A stretch of DNA of 64,000 nucleotides from an uncultured Elusimicrobia bacterium (GCA_963702895.1 OY969767.1:1312001-1376000), one strand, 5' to 3'; positions 48,282 to 58,568 are shown, numbered from the stretch's first letter. Translations and numbers: made by a program. Notes: a model not told the origin generated them from the letters alone.

Positions 48282-49738
48282 GGCTCTAGCGTGACGGAGA
48301 CGACGGGCGGTGAGGGAAGAAACTTTTTCACATGCGCAATGCCCACCTGCGGAGCCACACCCAGAAAGAGCGTGGCAAAAGACGTGACCCCTAAAACGAG
48401 ACGCATCGAAAGCGAAAGACGGACCTCCGCCTTGGAACCGGACCCCTTAAAGTACATCGCGTGGAGAATCCTGAAGTAGTAGCCCACGGCGATGACGCTG
48501 TTAAGCAAAGCGATCACGAGAAGCGTGATCCAGCCCGCGTGGTAGGCAGCGGAAAAGACATAAAATTTCGCCACAAAGCCGGCCGTGGGAGGCAGCCCCG
48601 CGAGACTGATGAGGAAAAGGGCAAGGAGCGCGCTCAGGGTGGGCGAACGTCTGGAGAGGCCTTCGTAATCCGTCAAGTCGCTTGCATGCAGCGCTCGGGA
48701 GAGACAGATCACGATCGAGAAAGCGCCCAGGTTCATAAAAAGATAAATCCAACCGTAGAGATAAACGCTCGCCAGGCCTTCCTGCCCGCCCGCCAGGATG
48801 CCCAGAAGCACGTATCCCATATGCGCGATCGAGGAATACGCCAGGAGCCGGACCACGCTCTTCTGCTGGAGTCCAATGAGATTGGCGACGGTCATGGTGA
48901 GCGCAGCGAGCACGGCCAGAAGGTGGAAAACGCCAGGAGAACTGAGCGGCAGCGCAATGTTAAAAACGCGCACGACCAGCGCCGCTCCGACCATCTTGGG
49001 CGCCACCGAAAGATAGGCCGCGATCGGCGTCGGGGCCCCTTCGAACACATCGGGAACCCACAGATGGAAGGGGACAAGCGCCATCTTGAACCCAAAACTC
49101 ACGACGATAAAAAAGACCGCCAGTAGCGCGAGCGGCGCTTTTTCGTGAAAGACAGCGCCGCTCTGATGAAGCGCGGTGAGCGAGGTCGATCCGAGGAGTC
49201 CGTACAGAAGCGAAACACCGTAGGCCAGCATCGCGGATGAAAAAGCGCCGATGAGGAAGAATTTGATCGCGGCCTCAACTGACTTTTGCGATTTCCTGTA
49301 AAAACCCGTGAGGGTAAACGCGGGGATGCCGACCATTTCGATGGCCACGAAGATCATGAGGAAGTCCTGGGCGGCCACGGCGAGGAGCAAGCCGGTCGCC
49401 GACAGGAGCAGCATCCCATAATAGAGCGCCGAGGAAGAATCCGACCGGGCTGTTTCCTGTTCGCTGATGAGAACGACGAGCAGAGTGGACACGACGACGA
49501 TCCAGGACAGAAACATCGACAGCCCGTCCGCGACGAGCATCCCCCGGCCATAGACGACCGGAGCGCCATCCCCCGTATAGGGAAGAAAAGCCGCCGCGGC
49601 AAAAAGCCCCAGGACCGCGACCCCAAAGGCAGTCCGCGAGACTCTCGAACTCCCTTTCCTCTGGACCGCATCGATCCCAAAGAGGATGAAAGACACAGCG
49701 CTCAGGACGAGAGCCGGAGCGATGAGGACAAGTCTCAT
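48278..49738 (-). CDS. nuoN: NADH-quinone oxidoreductase subunit N
   Basis: EAAIKFF, FKMALVPFHLWVPDVFEGAP and LAYSSIAH. Confidence 0.92.
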   Translation of the reverse strand: MRLVLIAPALVLSAVSFILFGIDAVQRKGSSRVSRTAFGVAVLGLFAAAAFLPYTGDGAPVVYGRGMLVADGLSMFLSWIVVVSTLLVVLISEQETARSDSSSALYYGMLLLSATGLLLAVAAQDFLMIFVAIEMVGIPAFTLTGFYRKSQKSVEAAIKFFLIGAFSSAMLAYGVSLLYGLLGSTSLTALHQSGAVFHEKAPLALLAVFFIVVSFGFKMALVPFHLWVPDVFEGAPTPIAAYLSVAPKMVGAALVVRVFNIALPLSSPGVFHLLAVLAALTMTVANLIGLQQKSVVRLLAYSSIAHMGYVLLGILAGGQEGLASVYLYGWIYLFMNLGAFSIVICLSRALHASDLTDYEGLSRRSPTLSALLALFLISLAGLPPTAGFVAKFYVFSAAYHAGWITLLVIALLNSVIAVGYYFRILHAMYFKGSGSKAEVRLSLSMRLVLGVTSFATLFLGVAPQVGIAHVKKFLPSPPVVSVTLEP

Positions 49739-51213
49739 GGCTGCGCGACCTTCACCAAATCCGCCAAATGTGCGAGCGTCGCGTTCATGGGGGAAAGCAA
49801 CAGGGACGGCAGAATCCCAAAGAGTACCATGAGCACACAAAGGGGCACGACCGCGATGAGCTCCCGGGTATTCATATCGGGGAGCTTCTCCCATTTGGAA
49901 TTGAGCGCTCCCAAAAAGACTTTCTTAATCAGGACGAGGAAGAAGGCCGCCGTAATGAGGATGCCCAAAAGTGAAATGACCGTGAGGTAGCGATATTGAA
50001 CCACCTGGAAGGCCCCCAGGAAACAGAGGAACTCGCTCACGAAACCCGACAGCAGCGGCAGACCGAGCGAGGCGAAACACGCCAGCGTCGTGATGCCCGT
50101 ATAAACAGGGAGTTTCTCACCGAGGCCCCCGAAAGCGTTGATATCGCGGGTATGGGCACGGTCATAAAGAACACCGACCAAAAGGAACAAGGCGCCCGTG
50201 ATAATGCCGTGATTGATCATCTGCATCGCGGCACCCGAGAACCCGATCACATTCAGAGACGCCATACCGAGGAGCGCATACCCCATGTGATTCACCGAGG
50301 AATAGGCAATCATGCGTTTGATATCGGTTTGGGCCAGTGAGCAAAACGCGCCGTAGACGATGTTGATGGCCGCGATGATCGCCAGGGCCATCGCCAGTTT
50401 CTGCGTGGCCAGCGGCAGGAGGGCGAAGGAAAAGCGCAGCAGGCCATACGTCCCCATTTTGAGGAGCACCCCCGCCAGAAGGACCGACACGGCTGTCGGA
50501 GCTTCTACATGCGCCAGCGGCAGCCACGTATGGAACGGGAACGCCGGCACTTTCACCGCGAAGCCAAGATAAAAGCCTAGAAAAATCCAAAGCTGGAGCC
50601 CCATCGCCAGCTTCGGGCTTTGCTGGAGAATCTCCGTGTAATCGAAGGTGTGAGGCAGCGTGTTGAAATACAAAGCAAGAATCGCAATCAGCATGAAAAC
50701 GCTGCCAAAGAGCGTAAAGAGGAAGAATTTGATGGCGGCATACTCTTTCTTCGGGCCACCCCAGATGCCGATCAGGAAGTACATGGGGACCAGGGTCAGC
50801 TCCCAAAAGACGTAGAACAGGAAGAGGTCAAGCGCGAAAAAGACCCCGACCATACCGGTCTCAAGCATCAGGAAAAAGAAGAAATACTCTTTGACCCGTT
50901 CTTCGATATGAAAGGAGGCGATGATGGACAGGAGCGTGAGGAGGGTGGTGAGCACCACCAGCGCAAGCGAGAGCCCGTCCACGCCCATCAAATACTGGAT
51001 GTTAAAAGCGGGAACCCAGGACATCCTTTCCAGAAACTTAAAGTCCGGCGTCGAGGCATCGTAATGCGCCCACAGCCATAAGGAGGCAAGAAAAGCACCC
51101 CCCGCGGAGATCGCGGCCACGACGCGCACGAGCTGCGTCTTTTCCTTTGGCAGGCAAAGCAAAGTGACAGCGCCCAACAAGGGCAGAAAGGTGATGAAGG
51201 AAAGTACGCCCAT
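49735..51213 (-). CDS. nuoM: NADH-quinone oxidoreductase subunit M
   Basis: FYVFWE, PFHTWLPLAHVEAP, LLKMG and AYSSVNH. Confidence 0.94.
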   Translation of the reverse strand: MGVLSFITFLPLLGAVTLLCLPKEKTQLVRVVAAISAGGAFLASLWLWAHYDASTPDFKFLERMSWVPAFNIQYLMGVDGLSLALVVLTTLLTLLSIIASFHIEERVKEYFFFFLMLETGMVGVFFALDLFLFYVFWELTLVPMYFLIGIWGGPKKEYAAIKFFLFTLFGSVFMLIAILALYFNTLPHTFDYTEILQQSPKLAMGLQLWIFLGFYLGFAVKVPAFPFHTWLPLAHVEAPTAVSVLLAGVLLKMGTYGLLRFSFALLPLATQKLAMALAIIAAINIVYGAFCSLAQTDIKRMIAYSSVNHMGYALLGMASLNVIGFSGAAMQMINHGIITGALFLLVGVLYDRAHTRDINAFGGLGEKLPVYTGITTLACFASLGLPLLSGFVSEFLCFLGAFQVVQYRYLTVISLLGILITAAFFLVLIKKVFLGALNSKWEKLPDMNTRELIAVVPLCVLMVLFGILPSLLLSPMNATLAHLADLVKVAQP

Positions 51214-51232
51214 CGAAGCCTCCTCGTGTCTG

Positions 51233-53176
51233 CTAGTGTTTCACAATAAAAGAATTGAAAGCCATCATCAAAGCGACCAGCGCCATCGTCATGATCAACA
51301 GATAGTTCTGCACCAAACCGTTCTGCACGCGCCGGGCGATCGCGCCCAGACCCATGGCGCCCGAACCCGTCCCGTCCACAGCGCCGTCCACAATGCGCTC
51401 ATCAAACCATGTCTGCATTTTGGACCAGAGCCGGGCCATCCAGCCAAAACCATCGACAAAGATCTTGTCCAGCACGTGAAAATCAAACCAAGCCAGAACC
51501 TCTGCCAGGCGCACGGTGGGACGGACCACCACCGCCCAATAGAACTCGTCCACGTAATAGTTGTGCTGCAGGAGTCTGTGCACGGGCGCAAAAACGGCGG
51601 CCAGCCGTTTCACCGTATCGAGCGATCGCAGGTACAGCGCGCCGCCCACGAGGAGTCCCGCGAGTCCGGAGCCGAGAGCGACATATCCCACCCAGCGCGG
51701 TTCGGCCATAGCATGAAGCGTGCGCATCGGGAAGAACCTCACCAAGGTCCCAGGCGCGTGCATGAAGTAGCCCAGCACGAGGGACGGGATAGCCAGGAGG
51801 ATGAGCGGCACCGTCATGGTCCAGGGCGATTCGTGCGCGTGGGCGAAGCGGTCACGCTCACGCGGCTCGCCCAGAAAGACCAATGCAAAGACGCGCGTCA
51901 TATAGAGCGAGGTCAAAAACGCCCCGGCGCACCCGATGGCATACAAGAGCAGATGGTGAGACACGAAGTCGGCGGCCAGAATCATCTCTTTCGAGAAATA
52001 GCCTGAGGTCCCGAAGAAACCGACCAGCGCCAGGGCGCCAAAGAGAAAGGTCCAGAAAGTCGTAGGCATCTGTTTGGACAGGCTTCCCATCTTCCAGATG
52101 TCGTTGGTATGAACGGAATGAATGATGGACCCCGCGGCGAGGAAGAGGAGCGCCTTAAACGCCGCATGCGTCGTCAGGTGAAAGAGTCCCGCGGAATACC
52201 CTCCCACGCCAAGACCCATGATCATGTATCCCAATTGGGAGATCGTGGAATAGGCGAGGACCTTTTTGACGTCATTGGCCGCAAGCGCGATGGTCGCGGC
52301 GAAGATGGCCGTGATGCCCCCGACCCAGGCCACGACTTCCATCGCTTGCGGCGCCAGCAGAAAGAAAGCGTAGGACCTGGCGACCAGATAAACCCCCGCG
52401 GCCACCATGGTCGCCGCGTGAATGAGAGCGGAGACCGGCGTGGGGCCCTCCATCGCGTCCGGCAGCCAGACGTGCAGCGGCAGTTGTGCCGATTTCCCGA
52501 CTGTGCCGCAGAATATGAGAAGGGAAATCAGCATCGCCATGTGTTGGGTCACATCGCCATCGTGAATATGCATCTGAATCTGGTTGAAGTTGAAGGTGCC
52601 GACAAAGAAATAGACGGTGAGAAGCCCGGCGTAGAAGCCCAGATCTCCCAGGCGCGTCGTCAAGAAAGCCTTGTTGCCGGCTTGGGCGGCGGCATCGCGT
52701 TCAAATTCAAAGGAAATGAGAAAGTAGGAACAGGCCCCCATGATTTCCCAGCCGATGAAAAACTGGATGTAATTGTTCGCCAGGACCAAAGCCAGCATCG
52801 CCGCGCTGAAGAGCGAAAGATATGAAAAGAAACGTTTAAACCGGGGCGCCTCATGCATGTAGCCTATGGAATAGATCTGGATGAGAGCGCTGATGCCGCT
52901 CACCGCCACAATCAAAACGAGGGACGGTCCATCCAACAACACGCCCCATTCAAACTGAAAGAGCCCAACCTCAAACCACGGATAAGAGATTTCCATGGGC
53001 AGTTTGAGCGATCCGTCCAAGACCTGCATCAAAAGATCAAAGGAGATTCCGAAGCTGACCAAGACGGCCAGGACCCCGAGAAGCGCGCCTTTCAGGGGCA
53101 ACCATCTACCGAAAAAGAAAATGAGCAGAGCCGCAACAAAAGGAGCCAGGGGTACCCAGTAAGCGTAATTAACCAT
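51233..53176 (-). CDS. nuoL: NADH-quinone oxidoreductase subunit L
   Basis: GKSAQLPLHVWLPDAMEGPTPVSALIHAATMV and HAAFKALLF. Confidence 0.95.
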   Translation of the reverse strand: MVNYAYWVPLAPFVAALLIFFFGRWLPLKGALLGVLAVLVSFGISFDLLMQVLDGSLKLPMEISYPWFEVGLFQFEWGVLLDGPSLVLIVAVSGISALIQIYSIGYMHEAPRFKRFFSYLSLFSAAMLALVLANNYIQFFIGWEIMGACSYFLISFEFERDAAAQAGNKAFLTTRLGDLGFYAGLLTVYFFVGTFNFNQIQMHIHDGDVTQHMAMLISLLIFCGTVGKSAQLPLHVWLPDAMEGPTPVSALIHAATMVAAGVYLVARSYAFFLLAPQAMEVVAWVGGITAIFAATIALAANDVKKVLAYSTISQLGYMIMGLGVGGYSAGLFHLTTHAAFKALLFLAAGSIIHSVHTNDIWKMGSLSKQMPTTFWTFLFGALALVGFFGTSGYFSKEMILAADFVSHHLLLYAIGCAGAFLTSLYMTRVFALVFLGEPRERDRFAHAHESPWTMTVPLILLAIPSLVLGYFMHAPGTLVRFFPMRTLHAMAEPRWVGYVALGSGLAGLLVGGALYLRSLDTVKRLAAVFAPVHRLLQHNYYVDEFYWAVVVRPTVRLAEVLAWFDFHVLDKIFVDGFGWMARLWSKMQTWFDERIVDGAVDGTGSGAMGLGAIARRVQNGLVQNYLLIMTMALVALMMAFNSFIVKH

Positions 53177-53480
53177 GGAGAAGGCTCAACTTTTCCGCGT
53201 AAACGCTCTTGATGTTCCGATAAATGACCAAAACAAGAGACAATCCGACCACCGCTTCGGCGGCCGCGAGGGTCATGACAAAAATGACAAAACCCTGGCC
53301 CCACACCTGGCCTGGATGGAGGTACCGGTTGAAAGCGATGAGGTTGATGTTGGCCGCGTTAAACATGAGCTCAATGGACATAAGGATCCCGAGGATGTTC
53401 CGGCGGGAGAGGACCCCATAAATTCCAATGCCGAAGAGGACCGCGGAGAGCATCAAGAAGTGGTGGAGGGAGAGCATCAC
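53169..53480 (-). CDS. nuoK: NADH-quinone oxidoreductase subunit K
   Basis: LMSIELMFNA and AAAEAVVGL. Confidence 0.94.
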   Translation of the reverse strand: MMLSLHHFLMLSAVLFGIGIYGVLSRRNILGILMSIELMFNAANINLIAFNRYLHPGQVWGQGFVIFVMTLAAAEAVVGLSLVLVIYRNIKSVYAEKLSLLHG

Positions 53481-53995
53481 GACTTCTCCTTTTCTTGGCA
53501 GAAGTAAATGGCGCCAATGAGCGCCGCCAGGAGCACCAGCGACACCACTTCAAAAGGGACGAGCATCTCTCCGAGCAGAAGCTTCCCGATGAGGGCGGTC
53601 GTCGGCAAAGGACTGCTGGTCTGAACAACATCCCGGTAAGCGGCCCGGAACGGCAGGAGGAGACCGCCCGCGACGACGGCGGCGAAGAGTAGCGCCAGAG
53701 GCCACTGTTCATTGGCTTGGCGCTCCAGCTCCGCCACGGGACGCTGCGAGAGCATGATCACGAAGAGCATGATAATCATAATTCCGCCGACGTAGATCAG
53801 GAGTTGACTGGCTGCTACAAAATCAGCTCCCAGAAGAGCATAAAGACCGGCGACAACGCTCAGCGCGCCGGTGAGCGCGATCGCGCTGTGAAAGACAGAC
53901 TTGGACGTCACCACGACCACCGAAAGACCGATGAGGGCCAAGGCCATCAGCGCGAAAACGAGCATCTGTAACCGATCAGGGGTTAAGAACGCCAT
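53477..53995 (-). CDS. nuoJ: NADH-quinone oxidoreductase subunit J
   Basis: QLLIYVGGI and PFEVVSLVLLAALIGA; ATG 53995 overlaps the nuoH end. Confidence 0.92.
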   Translation of the reverse strand: MAFLTPDRLQMLVFALMALALIGLSVVVVTSKSVFHSAIALTGALSVVAGLYALLGADFVAASQLLIYVGGIMIIMLFVIMLSQRPVAELERQANEQWPLALLFAAVVAGGLLLPFRAAYRDVVQTSSPLPTTALIGKLLLGEMLVPFEVVSLVLLAALIGAIYFCQEKEKS

Positions 53996-55059
53996 AAAAT
54001 CATGACACCCGCCAGAGCAATGTTCGCGATCGACCAGGGCAGGAGAAACTGCCAGCAAAACTGCATGAGACGGTCCACCCGCAGCCGAGGGAAAGTCCAG
54101 CGAAACCAGAGAAAAAGAAAGACAACGCCAAAGGTCTTGGCCAGAAAGTACAGCCAGGAAGGAATCAGCCCCCCCGCCCCAAAGCCGTCCCCCCCGCCCA
54201 GGAAAAGCGCGGTTGCCATCGCGGCCGAAAGAAACACATAGGCGTATTCCGCGAGGAAAAAGAGCGCAAACTTAAGTCCCGAGAATTCCGTGTGAAACCC
54301 GGACACGAGTTCCGATTCCGCTTCCGGGATATCAAAGGGAGTCCTGTTGGTCTCGGCGACAGAAGCGATCAAGAAAATAAGGAACGCCAGCTGGCCCACC
54401 ACAGGATAAAAGATAAACCACTTTGGGAGCACCCCCATCCACCTTCCCCCCTGGGCCATCGCAATGCTCGAGAGGCTCTGGGTGCCGTAGTACATCAGCA
54501 CGGGCACCACCGACAAGATGCGCGGGATTTCGTAGGAGACGAGCTGTGCCGCCCCGCGCAGCCCCCCCAGCATGGAAAACTTGTTACCCGAACCCCATCC
54601 GGCCATCAGGATCCCGATGGAGGAGATGCCCGAGACGGCAAAGATAAACAGGACCCCAATATCAAGATCAATGGGGATGAGGCCCTGTCCAAAAGGAACA
54701 GGCGCAAAACAGACAAAAACCGGAGCGCACACCACGATCGGCGCCAGGATATGCACAAGACGGTCCGCGCCAACGGGGATAATATCTTCCTTAAAGAAGA
54801 GCTTAATGCCGTCCGCCAAGGTTTGGAGGATGCCGTAGGGACCGACTTCCATGGGACCGAGCCGGGCCTGCATTAAGGCTGAGATTTTGCGTTCCGCATA
54901 AACAAGAACCATGGGCACGAGCGATACCCCGAGCACCACCACTCCGGTTTGAATCGATTTGGCCAAGATCCACGCGCCCAGTGGGGGCACGCCCTGCGCC
55001 ACCACCTGAGCCTGGAGCTCGGCGAAGAGGTTGGACAAGACCGGCCCAAGCTCCAGCAT
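53983..55059 (-). CDS. nuoH: NADH-quinone oxidoreductase subunit H
   Basis: AERKISA..RLGP, ADGIKLFFKE, AQLVSYE and ETNRTPFDIPEAESEL. Confidence 0.95.
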   Translation of the reverse strand: MLELGPVLSNLFAELQAQVVAQGVPPLGAWILAKSIQTGVVVLGVSLVPMVLVYAERKISALMQARLGPMEVGPYGILQTLADGIKLFFKEDIIPVGADRLVHILAPIVVCAPVFVCFAPVPFGQGLIPIDLDIGVLFIFAVSGISSIGILMAGWGSGNKFSMLGGLRGAAQLVSYEIPRILSVVPVLMYYGTQSLSSIAMAQGGRWMGVLPKWFIFYPVVGQLAFLIFLIASVAETNRTPFDIPEAESELVSGFHTEFSGLKFALFFLAEYAYVFLSAAMATALFLGGGDGFGAGGLIPSWLYFLAKTFGVVFLFLWFRWTFPRLRVDRLMQFCWQFLLPWSIANIALAGVMILWRS

Positions 55060-56210
55060 CAGCGGTCGACCTCCCCTAAGACAATATCCACGCTCCCTAA
55101 AATCGCGATCACGTCGGAGACTTTCCAGCCTTTCAGGAGGACCTGAAGGACTTGTAAATTCACGAAGGATGGGGCGCGAATGTGCATCCGGTAAGGGCAC
55201 AGCGTGCCGTCACTGACGATATAAAATCCCAAGTCCCCCCGTGGGGCCTCGAGGTGCCCATAACCTTCCCCCGGCGGAACACGGAAGGTTTTCGCGATTT
55301 TCCCCATGGTTTCCCCAGGCTTCATTTGGTCTAACGCCTGTTCAATAATCTTGAGACTTTCTCGCATTTCCTGAATGCGCACCTGATAACGGTCCCAACA
55401 ATCTCCCTCGTTCCCGACCGGAATGTCAAACTGGATCTTGGGATAGAGGCTGTAAGGGTCATCTTTTCGCACATCCGCTTTCATCCCGGACGCACGAAGG
55501 TTGGGGCCCGTGATGCCCCAGGCGATGGCCATTTCCTTGGACATTTTGCCGATGCCTCGGGTACGGTCGATGAAAATGGGATTGAAGGTGAGAAGCGTGT
55601 CATATTCCTTGATGCGCTCCGCCATTTCCTTAATAAAGCGTCGCACCTTCTCTTCCCAGCCCGCGGGAGCATCCGCCATGACACCACCGATGCGAATATA
55701 GTTATACGTCAGCCGAGCGCCGCAGATTTCTTCGAAAAGATCCAGGATCCGCTCGCGGTCACGACCAAAGGCGATCAGAAACGGTGTGAAGGCTCCTATA
55801 TCGATGGCGTAAGTGCCCAGGAAGACGCAATGGGAGGCCATGCGCTGGAGTTCCCCCACAATGATGCGCAGGTAATCGGCGCGTTCCGGGATCGCCACAC
55901 CCATCATCTTTTCGACCGCAAGGCAATAGGCCCAGTTGTTGGTCATGGCCGCCAGGTAATCCAGCCGGTCTGTCAAAACGATGATTTGGGGATAGGTGCG
56001 TTTTTCCGCGAGCTTTTCCGTGGCACGGTGCAAATAGCCCAGGTCCGGCTGGGCACTCGTGACCCGTTCCCCGTCGACCGTGATCGCGACCCGCAGCACG
56101 CCATGGGTCGAGGGGTGTTGTGGCCCCAGGCTGATGAACATGCCGCTTTCCGGCGCTTGCCGCGGAAAAACCTCAGGGGCTATGGAGGGAAGAGTGGGTT
56201 CGTTGGCCAT
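55059..56210 (-). CDS. nuoD: NADH-quinone oxidoreductase subunit D
   Basis: GPQHPSTHGVLR, GYLHRATEK, DRLDY and DIVLGEVDR; no NiFe CxxC ligands. Confidence 0.95.
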   Translation of the reverse strand: MANEPTLPSIAPEVFPRQAPESGMFISLGPQHPSTHGVLRVAITVDGERVTSAQPDLGYLHRATEKLAEKRTYPQIIVLTDRLDYLAAMTNNWAYCLAVEKMMGVAIPERADYLRIIVGELQRMASHCVFLGTYAIDIGAFTPFLIAFGRDRERILDLFEEICGARLTYNYIRIGGVMADAPAGWEEKVRRFIKEMAERIKEYDTLLTFNPIFIDRTRGIGKMSKEMAIAWGITGPNLRASGMKADVRKDDPYSLYPKIQFDIPVGNEGDCWDRYQVRIQEMRESLKIIEQALDQMKPGETMGKIAKTFRVPPGEGYGHLEAPRGDLGFYIVSDGTLCPYRMHIRAPSFVNLQVLQVLLKGWKVSDVIAILGSVDIVLGEVDR

Positions 56211-56218
56211 ACTCGCCT

Positions 56219-56692
56219 TTAATCGTAACGGTCAGCTTGGGAGACGTAATCTTTACGAAGGGGGTAGCCTTCCCAATCCTCGGGCAAAAGAATGCGGCGC
56301 AAATTATAGTGCCCGGCAAAGCGTATCCCCATGAGGTCGAAGATTTCTCTTTCTTGCCAGTCGGCCGTGGGCCAGATTTTGGCGATGGACGGCACTTCGG
56401 GCTGCGCGCGGTCCTCGACACGCACTTTGATCACGAGCTTATGCTTATGGAGCGTGGAGAGCAGGTAATAGACCACTTCAAAGTGGGTCTTCCAATCAAT
56501 CGAGGTCACAAACGAAAGAAAATCAAAGGACAAGGGCGGATCATAACGGAGGAACTGAGAGACTTCGGAAAGTTGAGAAGCCGGAACATTCAAATAAAGT
56601 TCATCGCCGCGTGCTTGAGCTTCTGGCTTGGGAATGTCTTGGACCGTTGGAAACTTCGCCTGGATCGCGCTCAGGAGCTCGGCGGGGTTCAA
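56219..56692 (-). CDS. nuoC: NADH-quinone oxidoreductase subunit C
   Basis: [26 protein letters not shown]. Confidence 0.93.
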   Translation of the reverse strand: MNPAELLSAIQAKFPTVQDIPKPEAQARGDELYLNVPASQLSEVSQFLRYDPPLSFDFLSFVTSIDWKTHFEVVYYLLSTLHKHKLVIKVRVEDRAQPEVPSIAKIWPTADWQEREIFDLMGIRFAGHYNLRRILLPEDWEGYPLRKDYVSQADRYD

Positions 56693-57219
56693 GCGAGCGT
56701 CTCGGCTTTCTTCTTCGCGGCGCTGAGCATGCTGTAGCGCTGGATCTTCTTCTGCAAGGTGATCACGCCCTGCAGAAGGGCCTCCGGACGCGGCGGGCAG
56801 CCCGGCACGTAGATATCGACGGGAATGATTTTATCGACCCCCTTGCAGACAGAATAGGCGTCGTAATAGGGTCCACCCGAATTGGAGCAGGAACCCATCG
56901 AAATCACATAGCGGGGCTCAGGCATTTGGTGGTAAAGGAGCTCGATACGCGGCGCCATTTTCTTCGTGACGGTGCCCGCGATGATCATGAGGTCGGCCTG
57001 CCGGGGTGTGGGGCGAGGGATCACGCCCAGCCTGTCAAAATCAAATTTGCTCGCGTAAGAGGACATCATCTCGATCGCGCAGCAAGCCAGTCCAAAGGTC
57101 AAAGGCCAGACGCTGGATTTCCTTGCCCAATTGATAAAGAAGTCCGCCGTGGTCATGAGGAGCGAGCCGCCCGGAAGGTGCTCCAGGTAGACGGGACCTT
57201 GATCGAGCAAAATGCCCAT
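56689..57219 (-). CDS. nuoB: NADH-quinone oxidoreductase subunit B
   Basis: [13 protein letters not shown] and [11 protein letters not shown] (N2 cluster ligands). Confidence 0.96.
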   Translation of the reverse strand: MGILLDQGPVYLEHLPGGSLLMTTADFFINWARKSSVWPLTFGLACCAIEMMSSYASKFDFDRLGVIPRPTPRQADLMIIAGTVTKKMAPRIELLYHQMPEPRYVISMGSCSNSGGPYYDAYSVCKGVDKIIPVDIYVPGCPPRPEALLQGVITLQKKIQRYSMLSAAKKKAETLA

Positions 57220-57582
57220 TTATTTCTTCCACTGGAGCGCCCCGCGGCGCCACGCGTAGATCAGGCCGAAAAACAGAACTCCTATAAAGAGGAGCATGCT
57301 CACAAAGCCGTTCCACCCGAGTTCGCGGAAGATCACGGCCCAAGGGTAGAGGTAGAGGGATTCGATGTCGAAGACCACAAAGAGCAGCGCGAAAATATAA
57401 AAATTGATGTCCATGGGGACATAAGGCGTCCCCAGGGGTTCCATGCCGCACTCATAGGCGATCTTCTGCCGCTCGTCATGGCTTTTAAAACGGAGCAGAG
57501 GCGACAGAACAAGGAGATTGACCACCGCAAAGCCCGCGCCGAAGAGCACAAAAATCAGGACATGGCCGTACTGCGCTAGCAT
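57220..57582 (-). CDS. nuoA: NADH-quinone oxidoreductase subunit A
   Basis: YECG, FVVFDIE..YPWA and GALQW. Confidence 0.95.
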   Translation of the reverse strand: MLAQYGHVLIFVLFGAGFAVVNLLVLSPLLRFKSHDERQKIAYECGMEPLGTPYVPMDINFYIFALLFVVFDIESLYLYPWAVIFRELGWNGFVSMLLFIGVLFFGLIYAWRRGALQWKK

Positions 57583-58274
57583 GGCTTCTTGCCCTCGTAC
57601 AATTGGACCGCACCCAGGGTGAGGGGCCTGTGCCGCACGTCCTGAAAGCCCGCCTCTTGCAGCATGTCACAGACCTCTCCGGGCTCATAAAAATCGCGGA
57701 TGGTGCTGGCGAGATAGTCTTTCGGCCAGCGGTCCTTACAGACCCATTGACCGATGAGCGGCAAGCCAATACGGAGGTGCACGCGGTGACCGAGCTTGGA
57801 AATAGGCGAGCTGGGCCGCCCAAAATCCATGTGCAGAACTTGGCCGCCCTGCCTGAGGACACGGAAGTTTTCACGGAAGACCGCGTGGAGCGATCCCCGG
57901 AGGTTGCGCAGCGCGAAGGCCGAGGTGACGCAACCAAAGGAGCGGTCGGAAAACGGCAGTTTGTCCGCGGAACCATTCATCCAACGGATTTGGCTTTGAC
58001 GGTCTTTGGCTCGAGCTTGCTCCAGCATCCGTTCGGAAAAGTCAAGGCCCACGACCTCGTGTCCCGCCTTCAACGCCCAAAACGCCACATCGCCGGTCCC
58101 GGTCGCAAGATCCAACACCCGGGCGCCTTGGGGGATATGCCTCACCAGCGTTTTTCGCCAATGGTGATCGAGGCCCAAGCTCGCCCACGCGTTAAAACGA
58201 TCGTAATCAGAGGCGATACGATCGAACATGAAACGGAGATGGGGATCGCGGGGTGGCGATACGGCAGATGTCAC
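57576..58274 (-). CDS. menG: UbiE/MenG family quinone biosynthesis methyltransferase
   Basis: MFDRIASDYD, VLDLATGTGD, DFSERML, AFALRN and RVLRQGG; start GTG 58274 or ATG 58229. Confidence 0.85.
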   Translation of the reverse strand: MTSAVSPPRDPHLRFMFDRIASDYDRFNAWASLGLDHHWRKTLVRHIPQGARVLDLATGTGDVAFWALKAGHEVVGLDFSERMLEQARAKDRQSQIRWMNGSADKLPFSDRSFGCVTSAFALRNLRGSLHAVFRENFRVLRQGGQVLHMDFGRPSSPISKLGHRVHLRIGLPLIGQWVCKDRWPKDYLASTIRDFYEPGEVCDMLQEAGFQDVRHRPLTLGAVQLYEGKKPC

Positions 58275-58278
58275 TGAT

Positions 58279-58461
58279 CTACTGAAGGTCTTCAGCCCCG
58301 AGGGTCTTCTTGGTACCATCGGCCTTTACTTTTTCAATGGAGGCCTGGACGAGCTGCCCGATACGGCTGGAAAGAGCCTCGACATAATCACCGCCTGTGC
58401 GGAAACCCGCTTCCTTCACCATCTTCTTCACTTTGCTGACCACCACGAGCGTTTCGGCCAT
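58279..58461 (-). CDS. Bacterial histone-fold protein (Bd0055/HBb-like singlet)
   Basis: 60 aa MAETLVVVSKVKKMVKEAG...ADGTKKTLGAEDLQ; LVVxSKVK start and xKTxxxxD end as recalled for bacterial histones; SD GGAGG. Confidence 0.85.
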   Translation of the reverse strand: MAETLVVVSKVKKMVKEAGFRTGGDYVEALSSRIGQLVQASIEKVKADGTKKTLGAEDLQ

Positions 58462-58520
58462 AACGTTTGCCCTCCAGTTGGGATTAGTACCAGGTAATGT
58501 TAGTGTGAGAAAGAAGGCTC

Positions 58521-58550
58521 AATATAGCCGGAGAACGCCCCTGTTGTCAA
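58521..58550 (-). promoter_or_regulatory. Near-consensus sigma70 promoter upstream of the histone gene
   Basis: TTGACA (58550-58545), 18 nt, TATATT (58526-58521). Confidence 0.7.
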
Positions 58551-58568
58551 CGGGGATGGAGACAAGGG

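Noticed and set aside
55059..57219. NuoB/C/D as a group 4 NiFe hydrogenase
   Set aside because: The large subunit lacks both CxxC nickel-binding motifs and keeps the quinone-site His and Tyr residues
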